From Candidatus Helarchaeota archaeon (GTDB taxonomy: Archaea; Asgardarchaeota; Lokiarchaeia; Helarchaeales; RDOG01), in NCBI GenBank assembly GCA_029838215.1, contig JALGVI010000066.1, positions 1-15,611 on the forward strand: a DNA stretch of 15,611 nt, in the 5' to 3' direction. Position numbers and translations under genes: made by a program. Position 1 is the first letter of the stretch. Each line of letters begins with the position of its first letter. Below the pieces are notes generated by a model. That model was not told where the DNA came from, made no database searches, and saw only the letters and a list, made by a program, of their open reading frames with translations. Positions 14,544 through 15,611 of this stretch are shown here, piece after piece.

Positions 14544-15251
14544 ATGAAAGTGTATTGCGATCTTCACGTTCACCAGCGACTATTCCAAAACCGCGAAGGT
14601 CCGATTAAAGTCATTCAACTGCTTGAAAAATTCAAATATTCAAGAATAGCCATTGTCAAGGAAAAAAAGAGCCTGATTCCCCTATTTGAAGAACTTGAGA
14701 AAATCCCCACGAATATTAATTTTCATACAAGGTTTAACATCCGCGTGGAGTCCATTGATGCATTAAAAGTTCTATTAAAAAAACACCGCAAAAAATACGA
14801 TTTAATTGCCGTGCGCAGTAAGAATAAATCAGTCCTGAATTTTGCGATACAGGACTCCAGGATCGATCTTCTAATGCTTGAAGACTTATTATCTCCTTTT
14901 TTCCTTTCCTATGAGTCGGCGAAACTGCTTCGCAGGCATGATAAGCCCATCGAGATACAAATTCGATCCCTGATAACGAAGACAGGGCGATTGCGATCCC
15001 GAATACTTCGCAATCTTGACAAGAGCGTTAAGAATCTGGTTCGTGCAAGGTGCCCCTTTGTCGTGAGCAGCAATGCCCACGATCTCTACGAATTACGAGC
15101 TCCTAAAGACATGGTTTCACTCCTGACATTGGTCGACTTTCCACTTGAAAATGTCGTTAAAGGTGTTTCTGAATTTCCTCTTGCCTGCTTGCAAAAAGTC
15201 GAAGCACGAAAAGACCCGAACATGATATCAAATGGTATTGAAATTATATAA
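14544..15251 (+). CDS. rnp3: Ribonuclease P protein subunit Rpp30 (component 3), ~235 aa
   Basis: DLHVH start, YDLIAVR, FAIQDSRIDLL, PFVVSSNAH..YELRAPKD; position between rpl15e and Pop5; GAGG before ATG 14544. Confidence 0.9.
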   Translation: MKVYCDLHVHQRLFQNREGPIKVIQLLEKFKYSRIAIVKEKKSLIPLFEELEKIPTNINFHTRFNIRVESIDALKVLLKKHRKKYDLIAVRSKNKSVLNFAIQDSRIDLLMLEDLLSPFFLSYESAKLLRRHDKPIEIQIRSLITKTGRLRSRILRNLDKSVKNLVRARCPFVVSSNAHDLYELRAPKDMVSLLTLVDFPLENVVKGVSEFPLACLQKVEARKDPNMISNGIEII

Positions 15252-15264
15252 GGATGAAATACAA

Positions 15265-15611
15265 GTGAAAAGAGAGAAACAGCGATACATCGTATTTGAA
15301 ATCATCCTAAATGATCATGTAATTACCAAGAATGATATCATAAATACCGTTTGGAGACAATTCACTACTCTTTTCGGAGAATACGGTTCTAGTAAAGCCG
15401 GACTATGGCTCATTCATTATGACCCTGTTTTAAAGAAAGGTGTATTGCGGTGTAGCCTTCACTCCGTAAATCACGTCAGAGCTTCATTGGTAACCCTTCG
15501 ATACATTCGCAAGAAAAACGGAAATCAAGAGCTTAAAATCCCTGTCATCTTTCAAATACTCGGAATTGCAGGCACGATTCTCTCCGTAAAACGAAAATAC
15601 TTCTTCGTTCC
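15265..15611 (+). CDS. rnp2: Ribonuclease P protein subunit Pop5/Rpp14 (component 2), 3'-truncated by the window edge
   Basis: My translation from GTG 15265: KREKQRYIVFEI...LFGEYGSSKAGLWLIHYD..KKGVLRC..VRASL...ILGIAGTILSVKRKY. No stop before the window end, so it is absent from the ORF track. In-frame ATG 15232 is an alternative start. Confidence 0.9.
   Translation, partial: MKREKQRYIVFEIILNDHVITKNDIINTVWRQFTTLFGEYGSSKAGLWLIHYDPVLKKGVLRCSLHSVNHVRASLVTLRYIRKKNGNQELKIPVIFQILGIAGTILSVKRKYFFV

Noticed and set aside
271-15080. Many 60-160-aa ORFs in the track that overlap real genes (e.g. 586-927, 3261-3638, 8858-9229, 10034-10513, 11788-12168, 13723-14010)
   Set aside because: Antisense or alternative-frame shadows of well-supported CDSs, with no motifs or RBS.
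1-15611. CRISPR array, IS/transposase, integrase, rRNA, RNase P RNA, SRP RNA or C/D-box sRNA
   Set aside because: No regularly spaced repeats, TIR-plus-transposase, att sites or diagnostic RNA motifs found on either strand.

Overview
Archaeal chromosomal window, most likely from an Asgard archaeon. This is an inference from archaeal-type L15e, Rpp30/Pop5, YchF and DUF2095 plus a stand-alone Rab-like GTPase; the lineage cannot be fixed from this window. Gene order, left to right: AbrB/VapC toxin-antitoxin pair (-), beta-CASP metallo-beta-lactamase ribonuclease (+), EMAP/OB-fold RNA-binding protein (+), flavodoxin (-), Rab-like small GTPase (+), two tandem LmbE/PIG-L zinc deacetylases (+), 12-TM MFS transporter (-), DUF2095 protein (+), then on the minus strand a Gfo/Idh/MocA oxidoreductase, YchF, a ~6-TM membrane protein, a catalytic-domain-only MetE-like methionine synthase and a lone GcvH, and finally rpl15e, Rpp30 and a Pop5 gene truncated by the window edge (absent from the ORF track). 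I found no tRNA, rRNA, CRISPR array or transposase. Best leads: (1) the beta-CASP nuclease looks like a remodelled aCPSF1/FttA paralog with one degenerate KH domain; (2) a Rab-like GTPase linked to a duplicated pair of Dac-like deacetylases with hydrophobic C-terminal extensions; (3) a folate-independent core methionine synthase with a 33-bp palindrome over its promoter, next to an atypical orphan GcvH; (4) an unexplained 150-bp GC-rich island in the gcvH-rpl15e spacer. All family comparisons come from motifs and recalled consensus sequences, not database searches.
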